Shown in pieces: positions 1 through 10,300 of a DNA stretch of 64,000 nucleotides (positions are counted from its first letter, which is position 1; every line of letters starts with the position of its first letter). The notes under the pieces are model-generated. The model was not told where the DNA came from, ran no database searches, and was given only the letters and a program-made list of their open reading frames with translations. Source of the stretch: an uncultured candidate division Zixibacteria bacterium. GTDB taxonomy: Bacteria; Zixibacteria; MSB-5A5; UBA10806. The position numbers and the translations under genes are program-made. The stretch is taken from the NCBI GenBank assembly GCA_963801605.1, contig CAWDFP010000006.1:1-64000 (forward strand), read 5' to 3'.

Positions 1-1
1 C

Positions 2-325
2 CTTCCCCAAAATTAAGGCATAGAAAACCAACAAACGGCATGAACGCAGTGAAAGGATAGGATAGAGCAGTGGAGCACGAGCGCAGGGGGGTTTTTAACG
101 CCACAACAATATTCTTAGTAGCTTGCGTCACGACCCCGGCAGCGTGCGTATCATGAACGGGGCAGGCAGCTTCCAGAGGCTTCGACAAAGGGGAATGCAA
201 TGGGGTCTGGCAGGAGAGAATTCGCAAGGCACCTAGCTGTTCCACGAAGATCGAGCGGGTTGTGTTGTGGCTAAAAAACCCCCGTGCGCTCTAGTAATGA
301 CAGCTATATAAAATTTTGGGGGAAG
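2..325. repeat. Nested imperfect inverted-repeat element (MITE-like or structured non-coding element)
   Basis: 79-108 (gagcgcaggggggtttttaacgccacaaca) is a near reverse complement of 263-291; 2-14 (cttccccaaaatt) is a near reverse complement of 312-325; no long ORF inside. Confidence 0.55.
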
Positions 326-517
326 CCCTGATATAAATACCTTGACCTCTCCGCTCAAGCTGAGGTACCTCTTTTCAATGGGAAACGATAGCGCTATAAT
401 ATGTTCTGACGCACGACGGGGATTTTGGTGCAGCGCGTCAGAACAGGAATACAGGAGTATGCGGCGGTGAAGTACGAAAATGAGCTAATTAAAATTAAAA
501 ACAAGCTGTTGTCTGAT

Positions 518-1912
518 ATGAGCACGCGGGTATTTTCTATGGTCATGATACTTGCCGTGATTTCTTTGGTCGCGTCAGGATGCAGCACGGAAAATGTAAA
601 AACAGGGCCGCCGGGAAAAATCTCGGCACAGCGGGCAGAGCCGCACACTGAAGAGGGGCCCAAATCATTTGTGTATGCCATAAAATCAGCGGTCAATTTG
701 CGGTCAGGCCCGGGCACCCGCTGCCTCACACTGGAACAACTTGACCAAAACCAGACACTGGGTGTTCAGGCCAAAGAAGGTGACTGGCTGCGCGTTAAAA
801 CTGCAGCCGGCACTAAAGGGTATGTGCAGCGGGACATGGTATCTGATACATGGATAAAGGTGCATAAGAAGGAACGTAAGTTATACCTGCTCAAACAGGA
901 TACGGTTTTAAAAACCTACCGCATCGGCCTGTGCCCGGATAACCCGCTCAGCGATAAATGCCGGATGGGAGACGGCGGTACACCCGAGGGCAGATTTTAC
1001 ATCTGCAGCATGGACGGCGATCCTGCAAAGCTTAAATACGGGCCGCGTTCAATGCTTCTCAGCTACCCTAATAAAGAAGATGCCCGGCGCGGCTTTCAGG
1101 AAGGTTTAATAGATTATCAAACCTATCCTGATATTTTGCAGGCCTTGAAAGATGGCCGCGCACCAAGCCAGAAGACCCGCCTGGGAGGCCAGATCCGCAT
1201 TCACGGCAGCGGCGGCAAATTTGACTGGACGAAAGGATGCGTGGGCCTTGAAGATAAAGATATCATTGATCTCTACCGGATGGTTTCCCGGGGGACCAGG
1301 GTTGAGATCTACAAATCCGCGCAGCAGGACCGTGAATTGAACAGCCCGACATATCTCAGCCGGAAAATCCTTGCAGGAGCAAAAAAACAGGTTACCGGAC
1401 CGGCGCGCTATGCTTTTCAGCCCTCTGCGCTCATTCAGTCTGATTATCCTGCGGGAGGCAGCATCGTCAGCCCGCCGGCAACTGCTGATGCACTGCTGCG
1501 GGTACTGCGCTCCGCAGGGATTGACCTGCAGGCGCTGATTAATGAAGAACTGGCTCTCTATCCCTGGCGCTATCATTCATGCAGTAACAACAAGCAGAAG
1601 AACAGACTCCAGCCGTGCCATATCAACAGCTATCTTTATCATCATGCACAGGTGATACCCAATGCCGCGGGTGCTAAAGACGCTCACTATCTGCAGCCCG
1701 GTGATATTGTGATCACCGGCAGCGCTGCTAACACCGTCGCCTATGGCGACCGCATCGGTATTGTTGATGATACCAATAGCAGTAACGGGATGCCCCGGCT
1801 CATCACCCTGTGGCAGCAGGACGGTAAGATTACGGTAATGGACCTGTCCGGCAGCAATCTTTCGTCCGTGCTGTATTGTTTCAGGATGACGCACCCGTTT
1901 GATTATCAGTAA
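518..1912 (+). CDS. Lipoprotein with SH3b and L,D-transpeptidase (YkuD) domains plus a DUF1287-like C-terminal domain
   Basis: Lipobox VASGC; SH3b-like VNLRSGPGT...GYV; YkuD motifs GDGGTPEG and IRIHG...WTKGCVGL; ATG at 518 chosen ahead of the signal peptide. Confidence 0.8.
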   Translation: MSTRVFSMVMILAVISLVASGCSTENVKTGPPGKISAQRAEPHTEEGPKSFVYAIKSAVNLRSGPGTRCLTLEQLDQNQTLGVQAKEGDWLRVKTAAGTKGYVQRDMVSDTWIKVHKKERKLYLLKQDTVLKTYRIGLCPDNPLSDKCRMGDGGTPEGRFYICSMDGDPAKLKYGPRSMLLSYPNKEDARRGFQEGLIDYQTYPDILQALKDGRAPSQKTRLGGQIRIHGSGGKFDWTKGCVGLEDKDIIDLYRMVSRGTRVEIYKSAQQDRELNSPTYLSRKILAGAKKQVTGPARYAFQPSALIQSDYPAGGSIVSPPATADALLRVLRSAGIDLQALINEELALYPWRYHSCSNNKQKNRLQPCHINSYLYHHAQVIPNAAGAKDAHYLQPGDIVITGSAANTVAYGDRIGIVDDTNSSNGMPRLITLWQQDGKITVMDLSGSNLSSVLYCFRMTHPFDYQ

Positions 1913-1947
1913 GTAAAGCTGTCAGCCGGCAGCTAGCAGCAATAAGC

Positions 1948-2207
1948 AACCACAGAGGGCACAGAGTTTTTCTCTGTGATCTCTCATGGAATTCATTGAG
2001 CGGCATACTCAAAAAATCAGGAACTTTATTATCTTTTTGAGTTCGTGAGCCAAAAAAATAGTTGTAATGGTGGCGTTTGCGGCTGCATGTTTTTTCAACT
2101 GAGAGTGTATGAAAACGAGAATAATGCTTTAGAGGACACAGAGCAACGGCAACAAAAAAACAGCGAGGACTTTTGAACATCATTATTTTTCTCCGTGCTC
2201 TGTGGTT
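1948..2207. repeat. ACCACAGAG..CACAGAG-type palindromic intergenic repeat
   Basis: aaccacagagggcacagag (1948-1966) versus ctccgtgctctgtggtt (2191-2207); internal hairpin cacagag-ttttt-ctctgtg (1960-1978); further cacagag at ~2137. Confidence 0.55.
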
Positions 2208-2231
2208 AACTCTTGGTTAGAGGAGATGAAG

Positions 2232-2813
2232 ATGAAAGTTGTGGCATTTAACGGCAGCCCGCGGAAAGGCGGCAACACGGAACAGGCAATCGAAACCATA
2301 TTCAGGGAATTGCAGGCCGAAGGCATTGCTACCGAATTGATCCAGATCGGCGGGCAGCCCCTCCATGGCTGTACTGCCTGCTACCAGTGCTTTGCCAGCA
2401 AAGATAAGCAGTGCGTTATTAAAAATGATGAACTCAACAGCTATGTCGCCAAAATGATCGAGGCTGACGGCATTATCATCGGTTCGCCCGTCTATTTCAG
2501 CAACGTCACCACAGAGGTAAAAGCCCTCATTGACCGTGCCGGGCTGGTCGGCCGGGCAAACGATAATCTGTGGAAAAGAAAAATCGGCGCAGCAGCTGTG
2601 GCCGTGAGACGGGCAGGGGGCACGTTCACCTTCTCGGCAATTAATTTCTTCTTTTTCATCAGCGAGATGATTGTGCCCGGGTCAAATTACTGGAATTTGG
2701 GCATCGGACGTGATCCCGGGGAAATTCAAAACGATGAGGAGGGCATCGCTACCTTTAAGCGGTTAGGCCAGAATATGGCCTGGCTGCTCAAAAAGATTCA
2801 CGCTATCCCGTGA
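2232..2813 (+). CDS. Iron-sulfur flavoprotein / multimeric flavodoxin WrbA-like family protein
   Basis: NGSPRKGGNT FMN-binding loop, CTACYQC...C cluster motif, GSPVYF; gaggag RBS. Confidence 0.9.
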   Translation: MKVVAFNGSPRKGGNTEQAIETIFRELQAEGIATELIQIGGQPLHGCTACYQCFASKDKQCVIKNDELNSYVAKMIEADGIIIGSPVYFSNVTTEVKALIDRAGLVGRANDNLWKRKIGAAAVAVRRAGGTFTFSAINFFFFISEMIVPGSNYWNLGIGRDPGEIQNDEEGIATFKRLGQNMAWLLKKIHAIP

Positions 2814-2955
2814 CCCGCTTCCGCCACGATACGATGGCAGTGATGTGCGGGAGAATTATGGGGAAAAAATATTGGATGATTTTGGTAAATTGTGGTACAA
2901 AGAATGGGAGTTTAAACATTATTTTATTGCAAACAGGAAAAGGAGGTTAGGTTAC

Positions 2956-4077
2956 ATGAGGCATAATAAAAACATTCTTTTTTTTCTGGTGCTGCTGCTG
3001 GCGGCCGCCTGTTTTATTGTGGGGCGGGCTGAAGCTCAGCAGGCGCAGCCACCGGCACCTGCAAAACCGGCACAAAAGCCCGGTGAAGCATCGAAGATAA
3101 AATTTACTGAAGTGAGCCATGATTTTGGCAAAGTGGAACAGAATGCCAGCCTGAAATATTCGTTTGTCTTTAAAAACGAAGGCAAGGGGACGCTCATCAT
3201 TGAAAATGTGAAAGCGTCTTGAGGGTGCACGGCAGCTCTGGCGTCTGCCAGAGAGATTCCCCCGGGCGGGGAAGGAAAAATTGATGCAACCCTGAAGACC
3301 AGTACCCGTGGCGGCAAGGTGACCAAAGTCGTTACGGTGACAACCAATGACGCTTCACAGCAGACTATAAAGCTCAACCTGATTGCAGACGTGCAGGTGA
3401 TGTTTGCCCTGGAGCCATTCATCATTAACTTTGGCCGTTACAAGAAAGGTGAGGCCCAGGTACGCTATGTAACCGTGATGGGTGAGGAAAAAGATAAGAC
3501 AAAAATCCTCTCGGCAACAGCACGGGGTAAAGAGATAAAGGTGGAGACCAGTCCCGACGGATATGACAACAGCAAGGACAAACGAATCAAGGTTTCCGTG
3601 CTCCCTGATGTGAAGGTGGGACAGTTCAGGGATGTTATTACGGTTACCACCGATCATAAGACCATTAAAAATATGACCATCAGTGTGTTCGGCGAGGTGG
3701 CCGGTGACATCACCGTCACGCCGCGTTCCTTTTCCTTCGGCTTTTTTGAGAAGGGTAAAGCTGTAGAGAAAGTAGTGTCGCTAAAAGCCAATCCGCCGGC
3801 GACCTTTAAAGTTCTAAAGGCAGAATCAACCTCGCCTGATGTGCAGCTTGATGTGGTTCCTGTTGCGGAAGGGAAAGAATATCAGGTCAAGGCCCGGGTC
3901 AAGGACACGTTTGACCAGGATTCCCTGCGGGGTAACATTGTCATTACCACTGATAATAAAGAACAACCCTCTGTTGAAGTGATGTTTTTCGGCAGGCTGC
4001 AAAAGGGGCCCATGACGGCGCCCGGCCAGCGGCCTCCGCAAGCAGTTCCGATGGTTCCGGCTCCTGCTGCAAAATAG
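2956..4077 (+). CDS. Exported DUF1573 / Ig-like domain protein, probable selenoprotein (TGA at 3220-3222 read as Sec)
   Basis: ORFs 2845-3222 and 3319-4077 share a frame, separated only by one TGA; read-through gives KAS-U-GCTAALASAREIPPGGEGKI, matching the sCGCT...iPPG motif of DUF1573; aggagg RBS and signal peptide. Confidence 0.8.
3236..3253 (+). promoter_or_regulatory. Candidate bacterial SECIS hairpin
   Basis: Perfect 7-bp stem ctctggc/gccagag with a gtct loop starting with G, about 20 nt after the in-frame TGA. Confidence 0.65.
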
Positions 4078-4166
4078 CGATGAGCACTGCCAGTACACGG
4101 GTAACCATACTGCACCCCTTTTCTCTTGTTATTGGGAAAAGGGGTGTGTTTTTTAGAGGTGTAACA

Positions 4167-4855
4167 ATGGCTTTTCAGGACCTCAGGGAATATATTGCTG
4201 CGCTTGAGTCTCAGCGTGATTTGAAACGAATAGCGGTGCCCGCAGATCCGGTACTTGAAATTACCGAAATAGCTGATCGCGCCGTTAAGGCGGGGGGACC
4301 CGCACTCCTGTTTGAACAGGTAACAGGCTCTCCCTATCCGGTGGCGATTAATTTATTCGGTACTTTGAAGCGCGCCTGCTGCGCTTTAGGTGTAACGAGC
4401 TTTGACGAGATAGCGGAGAGAATAGTTTCCTTTATTCCCCAGACGCCGCCCGATTCCCTTATGGACAAGGTAAAGTTCCTCTTTAAATTAAAAGAGATCG
4501 GCGGCTTTCAGCCAAAAAAAGTAAGCTCAGGCCCGGTCCAGGACGTTATCGAACGTACCCCCGACCTCTTCACGCTCCCGGTCCTCAAGTGCTGGCCGCA
4601 GGATGCCGGCCGCTTCATAACGCTGCCGCTGGTTATCACCGGAAATCCCCATACCGGACAGCAGAACGTGGGGATGTACCGCATTCAAATCCTCAGTGAA
4701 GATAAAGCCATCATGCACTGGCATGTGCATCATGACGGAGCAAACAATTTCCGCATGCATAAAGAAATGGGAAGGGACATGGAGGTTGCGATTGCCCTGG
4801 GAGGAGACCCGGCCACCATCTATGCGGCAACTGCGCCGCTGCCTCCGGGGCTTGA
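4167..4855 (+). pseudogene. ubiD: 5' half of a UbiD-family (menaquinone biosynthesis-type) decarboxylase, truncated at a junction
   Basis: MAFQDLREYI, LEITEIADR, GGPALLFE, INLFGT, CWPQDAGRFITLP, NVGMYRIQ, GGDPATIYAATAPLP; similarity stops at PPGL, roughly half the normal length. Confidence 0.8.
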
Positions 4856-6962
4856 AAATCTAGTTAATGGCATTGATCCGGGATTTGGATATGCTGTTCT
4901 AGCACAACTGATCTCACATGAAAAATATGGAAGGCATTGTAATGTAATTTTGACCACTAATTTCGATGATCTTGTGGCGGATGCATTATATTTATTTACG
5001 AATAAAAAACCCCTTATTATTTCTCATGAATCCCTTATTAGTTTTGCGAAAATTAGTAGAACTCGTCCAATGGTAATTAAGCTTCATGGCGACGCAAGGA
5101 TTTCCCCAAAAAATACCGAAGAAGAAACCACTAAACTTGATCAAACCGTAAAGTCGGTAACTAAGAGCTTCCTATGCGAAACAGGCATAATTTTTATTGG
5201 TTACGGAGGAAATGATAAAAGTATAACCGACCTTTTTAATAATTTTCCCCAAAAACCCTTTCCTTGGGGAATCTATTGGGTGGGTGATTATCTACCAGAT
5301 AATGCTTTTGGAAAGCTCTTAATTGATCATGAAATAATATGGGTAAAGCATTTTGATTTTGATGAATTGATGCTTCTGATCCGAGAGGAATTTAAATTTG
5401 AGCACCCTAATGATAAGAGATTTGACAAGATAATGGATTCTTACAATGAAACATTCGGTAAATTGAAAAATAAAATTGAGGGAAAAGCGGAATCTCCCGA
5501 AAAAGTGTTGTTAGAACAAGCCGCTAATAAAGCGGCAAAAGAATTTGCCAATTGGTTATCCGTTGAATTGGAAGCTAGGAAATATAAACTAATCGACAAA
5601 GAAAAAGCTGAAAAGATTTATCAAAATGGTATTATACTATTTCCAAAAAGTCGCCAATTATTAAATAATTATGGAAATTTCCTAAATGATATCCGTAAGG
5701 ATTATGATAAGGCAGAGGAATATTATAAGAAAGCCATAGAAGTCGATCCTAAATATGCACGGGCCATGAGTAATTTCGCCGTATTCCTGAAGGATACCCG
5801 TAAGAATTACGATAAAGCAGAGGAATATTTTATAAAGGCTGTTGAAGCTGACAACAATTATGCACCCGCTATGGGTAATTATGCAATATTCCTAAAAGAA
5901 ATCCGCAAGGATAACAATAAAGCTGAAGAATATTTTAAAAAGGCCGTAGAAGCCGACCCCGATTATGCGCCCGTTTTTGGCAATTATGCAATATTCCTAA
6001 AGGAAATTCGCAAGGATTACGATAAGGCGGAGGAATATTATAAAAAAGCCATTGAAGTCGATCCTAAATATGCTCGGGTTATGAGTAATTACGCTATATT
6101 CCTAAAGGATATACGCAAGGATTACGATAAGGCAGAGGAATATTTTAAAAGGGCTGTAGGGGTTGATCCTCAGATAGCTCAGGCATTAGGCAATTATGCA
6201 TTGTTTCTAAAGGAAATTCGTAAAGATTACGATAAGGCGGAGGAATATTATAAAAAAGCCATTGAAGTCGATCCTAAATATACCCGGGCCTTGAGCAATT
6301 ACGCCATATTCTTGTATGATATACGCAATGATAACAATAAGGCAGAGGATTATTTTAGGAGGGCTCTTGAAGTTGAACCTAAGGATGCTCGTGCTATGAG
6401 TAGTTATGCCTCATTTCTACGCGATGTCTTAAAAGATTACGATAAGGCGGAAGATTATTATAAAAAAGCCATTGAGGCCGATCCAAATTTCTCAATTATC
6501 CTAAACAGTTATAGCACTTTCCTGGGTGACATTCGTAAGGATTACGTTAAGGCTGAGGAATATTTAAAAAAGGCTATTGGGGCAGATCCCAATAACAATG
6601 TTGCCTTGTCAAATTACTGCGAATTATTATTCATTTTGGGAAGGCAGGAGGAAGCGATTGAAATTTTGCATAAGGTCCTTAGTATCTCGCCAGAAGGCGC
6701 GGCCATTCTTGATTGCTGGTTTTATTCTTACGCCCATTTACAAGAAGAAAAGGAACGCACTAAAGCCTTATCAAATATTAATAAATTAATATCTAAGGAC
6801 TTGAGAGCACCCAATGCAGATTTTGATAATAGTATTCAGTGCGCGATTCATAATGGCCACCCCGAACCCGAATTTCTCAAAGTCCTCGCTGATGTGATAA
6901 CGGATAAGGCTAAGGCCGAGGAATTAGATAAATTTCCGGTTTGGAAGAACATTAGCGCTTAA
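4856..6962 (+). CDS. SIR2-like domain plus TPR-repeat protein, N-terminally truncated and fused in frame to the ubiD fragment
   Basis: SIR2_2 motifs ILTTNFDDL, IKLHGD, IFIGYGGND, IYWV; the N-terminal GAGxS motif is absent; TPR array follows; markedly AT-richer than upstream DNA. Confidence 0.75.
5649..6593 (+). repeat. Nine tandem 105-bp (35-aa) TPR-like repeats
   Basis: Unit approx. YARAMSNYAIFLKDIRKDYDKAEEYYKKAIEVDPK repeated 9 times; long identical DNA stretches at ~6015 and ~6225. Confidence 0.9.
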
Positions 6963-7088
6963 TGTTAAAACCGCCAAGGGGTTTTGACCTACAATATAGA
7001 CTCCGTAGCGGGCATTCAATAGCATACCTCTCCCCTGGCAGCATCTTCTAAAGCATAAAATTTTGATTTTGGGGCAGGTGCTATTAAA

Positions 7089-7259
7089 GCGTCAGGTCTC
7101 GTCCCGATAAAATAGGGATACGACCTGACGCAACCTCAATAAGCTGCATTTTTCCCGGCTAAGGTCGGATAATACATGCTTACCTCGTTCTGAGGGACTC
7201 GGAAAGCATGCCACCCAGGTATGTTTTAAAGTGGCAGGTTCAAAGACCTAGCACCACAG
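7089..7259. repeat. Cluster of REP-like palindromes
   Basis: gcgtcaggtc...gacctgacgc (7089-7131) followed by aacct; catgctt...aagcatgccaccca (~7175-7217); both unit types recur at 8393-8522. Confidence 0.65.
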
Positions 7260-7270
7260 ACTTTTGAGGT

Positions 7271-8165
7271 TCAAAAGGTAATTTGTCTAATTTCCCCGCC
7301 GTTCCATTTATAAGTATACAGCCTTCCATAACCTTTGCGAGTATCAGTAAAAACAACTTTTTCGCCGTCGGGTGAAAAACAGGATAAATCGGCAAAGGAG
7401 CGCATCGGACGAGCCAAACTGCGTCCCGGGTCAACCGCCCAGATACTCTCAGACTCTCCAGGCTGAACGGCGCAAAACGCGATTCGCTTGGTTCGAATAT
7501 ATTTTCATTCCATAATAAGTAACAATGTTATTTTGCGGCGGCATTACTACTCGTCCGAAATAGCCGAGCGTATCCGATATGCAGATTGACTGCACCGGGA
7601 AATTTCTATCTTGATTTACATAAAGAAGCGAATCGCCGGTAATCCAATTGGGAAAATCACAATAGGGGACAGCCCTTCTTATAAAGCCGCTTTCCAAATT
7701 CATAATATAAATTCCCATTCTAAGGCTCGTGCGAACCGAATAGGCGATAAATCTTCCATCAGGAGACCAGACAGGATTCCAGCATTCTCCCTCAACCGGT
7801 AACGTATCCGCCTGGCCGGAAGGGTATGAAATTCTAACCAGCCTCCCATTGGAATTAGCGATTATATAATTGCCGTAGGGTGACCAATCGGGATCTGAGA
7901 TATACCAGCCTTGATAAAGGAGATTTTTGCCGCTGCCATCGGGATTAATAATATAGATACCGTTTGAGTCCGGATCGTCCGAGTCGACATATCTCTTATG
8001 AACATAGGCAATAATATCGTTTGCTGCGGACCAGGCAGCATAAGAATCTAATGTAGTTGTGGGCAGAATTCGATCAGGGCCTGTTGATTTATTTTCACAC
8101 CCAGCATCGACGAGAATAAGGGTAAGAAGCAAGAAACTGATAAGCTTGATTGAAAAATACTTCAA
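7271..8165 (-). CDS. TolB-like beta-propeller (PD40 repeat) lipoprotein, one frameshift near 7495
   Basis: Lipobox VDAGC; PDWSPYG and PVWSPDG repeats; after removing one base the frame continues ...CFSPDGEKVVF...IRQITF* to 7271. Confidence 0.7.
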
Positions 8166-8392
8166 AGCATATTCCTTTTCGGCCCCCTTAAATTGGAAAA
8201 AAATCAAATCAGGTCTGGAAAAATTAATTCTTGGATATGTGTATATATTATTCGGTAAAATATCAAGAAAAAAATAAATATTTATTGATCGAGGAATTTA
8301 GTCAGGCCGCAGGTCCCCCCGATAAGATACATCGGGGCAGGCAGGGGGCGACCTGAGCTACAAACACCAGTAAATTCCCCAAACAACATAAT

Positions 8393-8522
8393 CATGCTTA
8401 TCCCGTCTTCGACGGGACAAGCATGCCACCCAAATAGGCCCTGATAGCGCCAGGTTCGGGGACCTGGCGCCACGGGACATTAAATGCGTCAGGTCTCGGA
8501 AGCCTAAGACCTGACGCAACCT
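8393..8522. repeat. Second cluster of REP-like palindromes
   Basis: catgcttatcccgtc-ttc-gacgggacaagcatg, gcgccaggt...acctggcgc and tgcgtcaggtct...agacctgacgca (8485-8518) followed by acct. Confidence 0.65.
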
Positions 8523-8639
8523 GTGGGAAGGCCTCCCAATTCCGCTTGAAAAGTAGATAATTATCTCATATCTTCTTGTTCGGTCAAGCTACGACTGAAA
8601 CTATCGCAGGCGGCATTTCGTAGTTAAGAAGGAGCAGAA

Positions 8640-9203
8640 TTGGAATCGGAACAGGCGCTGGTAAATCTGGCCCTCGGAGGCGACCAAAAAGCTTATAAGG
8701 CGCTTTTCGAGATGCACCGGCAGGCGATCTTCCATATCACGGTCAAGATCGTCCGCAATCCGGATGAAGCCAACGACCTGGTCCAGGAGACCTTCATCAA
8801 GGCCTTCGGCTCTTTGAAAACCTACGACCATAATTACCGCTTCTCCACCTGGCTCTACAAAATCGCGGCCAATTCCTCGATCGATTTCCTGCGCAAACGC
8901 AAGATCGACTCCCTCTCGCTCGATAAGCCTATCGCCACCGCGGACGGCGACGTGCAGATGGAAATCCCCGACAACACCTACAACCCGGAACAAGATTTGC
9001 ACAACAGGGAACGCAGCGGGGGAATCGAGGATGCCATCGAGTCGCTTCCGGAGAAGTACAAAGAGGTAATTGTTCTTCGCCACAAAGAGGACAGGTCGTA
9101 TGAGGAGATCGCGAGCATGCTGAAGGTACCGGTGGGGACGGTCAAGGCCAGGATATTCCGGGCCAGGGAGCTCCTGAAGAAGAAGCTAAAATCGTTGAGG
9201 TAG
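8640..9203 (+). CDS. ECF sigma-70 factor (SigW/RpoE-like)
   Basis: DLVQETFIKAF, FSTWLYKIAAN, SYEEIASMLKVPVGTVKARIFRAR; TTG start after aaggag. Confidence 0.92.
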   Translation: MESEQALVNLALGGDQKAYKALFEMHRQAIFHITVKIVRNPDEANDLVQETFIKAFGSLKTYDHNYRFSTWLYKIAANSSIDFLRKRKIDSLSLDKPIATADGDVQMEIPDNTYNPEQDLHNRERSGGIEDAIESLPEKYKEVIVLRHKEDRSYEEIASMLKVPVGTVKARIFRARELLKKKLKSLR

Positions 9204-9232
9204 TCGAACCAGAGTCGACCAAGGAGGCCGCC

Positions 9233-10297
9233 ATGTTGAAGTACGCAATTGCAACAGCCATTATCGCCGCGATCCCCATAATTGCACGAGCTGAACGTGA
9301 GTATGAATTCCGCAATTCGAATAATTTTAATGGCTCCGCCATAGCAGCCATTAAAATAGATATGGATTACGGCGAGATCAGCGTTGTAAAGTCAAGCGGC
9401 TCCGAGGTCCTGGTGGATTACAAGAACACGGTCTATGCGAAAAGCGAATCCGACGCCAATAAAATAAACGATGAATGCAAATATAAAGCTGAGATGGCCG
9501 GCGACAGGCTCGTCATTAAGGTTGAACCGACTCACAATCGTCAAAGCACCAAAGGCATAATCACTCGCATCATCAACGGCGATTGGCATGATGATATATA
9601 TCCGATAATCAGAGTGAGCATTCCCGATAAAAAGGCAATTCAGATAAACTCAGCATCGGCCGATATTCAGGCCTCGGATGTTAGCTGCGATCTGACCGTC
9701 CAATCGGCGTCATCAGATGTCAGCCTTGAAAATACCACGGGCGACGTTGAGTGCAATATCTCCTCCGGGGATGTTGATGTCACGGGTCATCGGGGGCATT
9801 TGTCTATAAATGGCAACTCCTCGGATTTGAGATTTGCCGATATCGAAGGCGATATCGACGGCCATACGTCATCGGGGGATATCAATATAGATAAAGTCAA
9901 AGGCGCGATACAGGTATCAACATCCTCCGGAGACAGCCGGATATATGATGTTGATGGCAATCTCGATATATCCAGTTCGTCAGGCGAGATAGATGCCTCC
10001 GGCATTACCGGGTCAGTTCGGGCTGAGGCCATCTCCGGTGATGTCAAGTTAGCCGCACTTTCCGCCGCTCAGGGTGACTTTAATGTCGAATCGGTTTCGG
10101 GCGACGTCCAGGTTGAGATCAGCCGTGAATATGCCGGGCAGGTGCAGGCCAGATCGGTTTCCGGCACGGTAAACTCGCATCTAACAGGAGATCTCGAGAG
10201 CCATTCAGATTCGCAGATTCGCGGCAGCATTGGAAATGGCGAGGGGCGCCTTAATGTCTCGACAACATCGGGCGATATAATCATTGACAGGTTCTAA
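9233..10297 (+). CDS. DUF4097 beta-strand repeat exported protein
   Basis: Signal peptide and repeated xSSGDI/V units. Confidence 0.85.
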   Translation: MLKYAIATAIIAAIPIIARAEREYEFRNSNNFNGSAIAAIKIDMDYGEISVVKSSGSEVLVDYKNTVYAKSESDANKINDECKYKAEMAGDRLVIKVEPTHNRQSTKGIITRIINGDWHDDIYPIIRVSIPDKKAIQINSASADIQASDVSCDLTVQSASSDVSLENTTGDVECNISSGDVDVTGHRGHLSINGNSSDLRFADIEGDIDGHTSSGDINIDKVKGAIQVSTSSGDSRIYDVDGNLDISSSSGEIDASGITGSVRAEAISGDVKLAALSAAQGDFNVESVSGDVQVEISREYAGQVQARSVSGTVNSHLTGDLESHSDSQIRGSIGNGEGRLNVSTTSGDIIIDRF

Positions 10298-10300
10298 GGA

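Noticed and set aside
5649..6593. Tandem repeats as a CRISPR array or DGR template/variable repeats
   Set aside because: They are in-frame 105-bp coding repeats with no spacers; no cas or reverse transcriptase gene is in the window
4080..6962. The 960-aa ORF as a genuine novel decarboxylase-sirtuin enzyme
   Set aside because: Both domains lack essential parts and base composition changes abruptly at the join; treated as a junction instead
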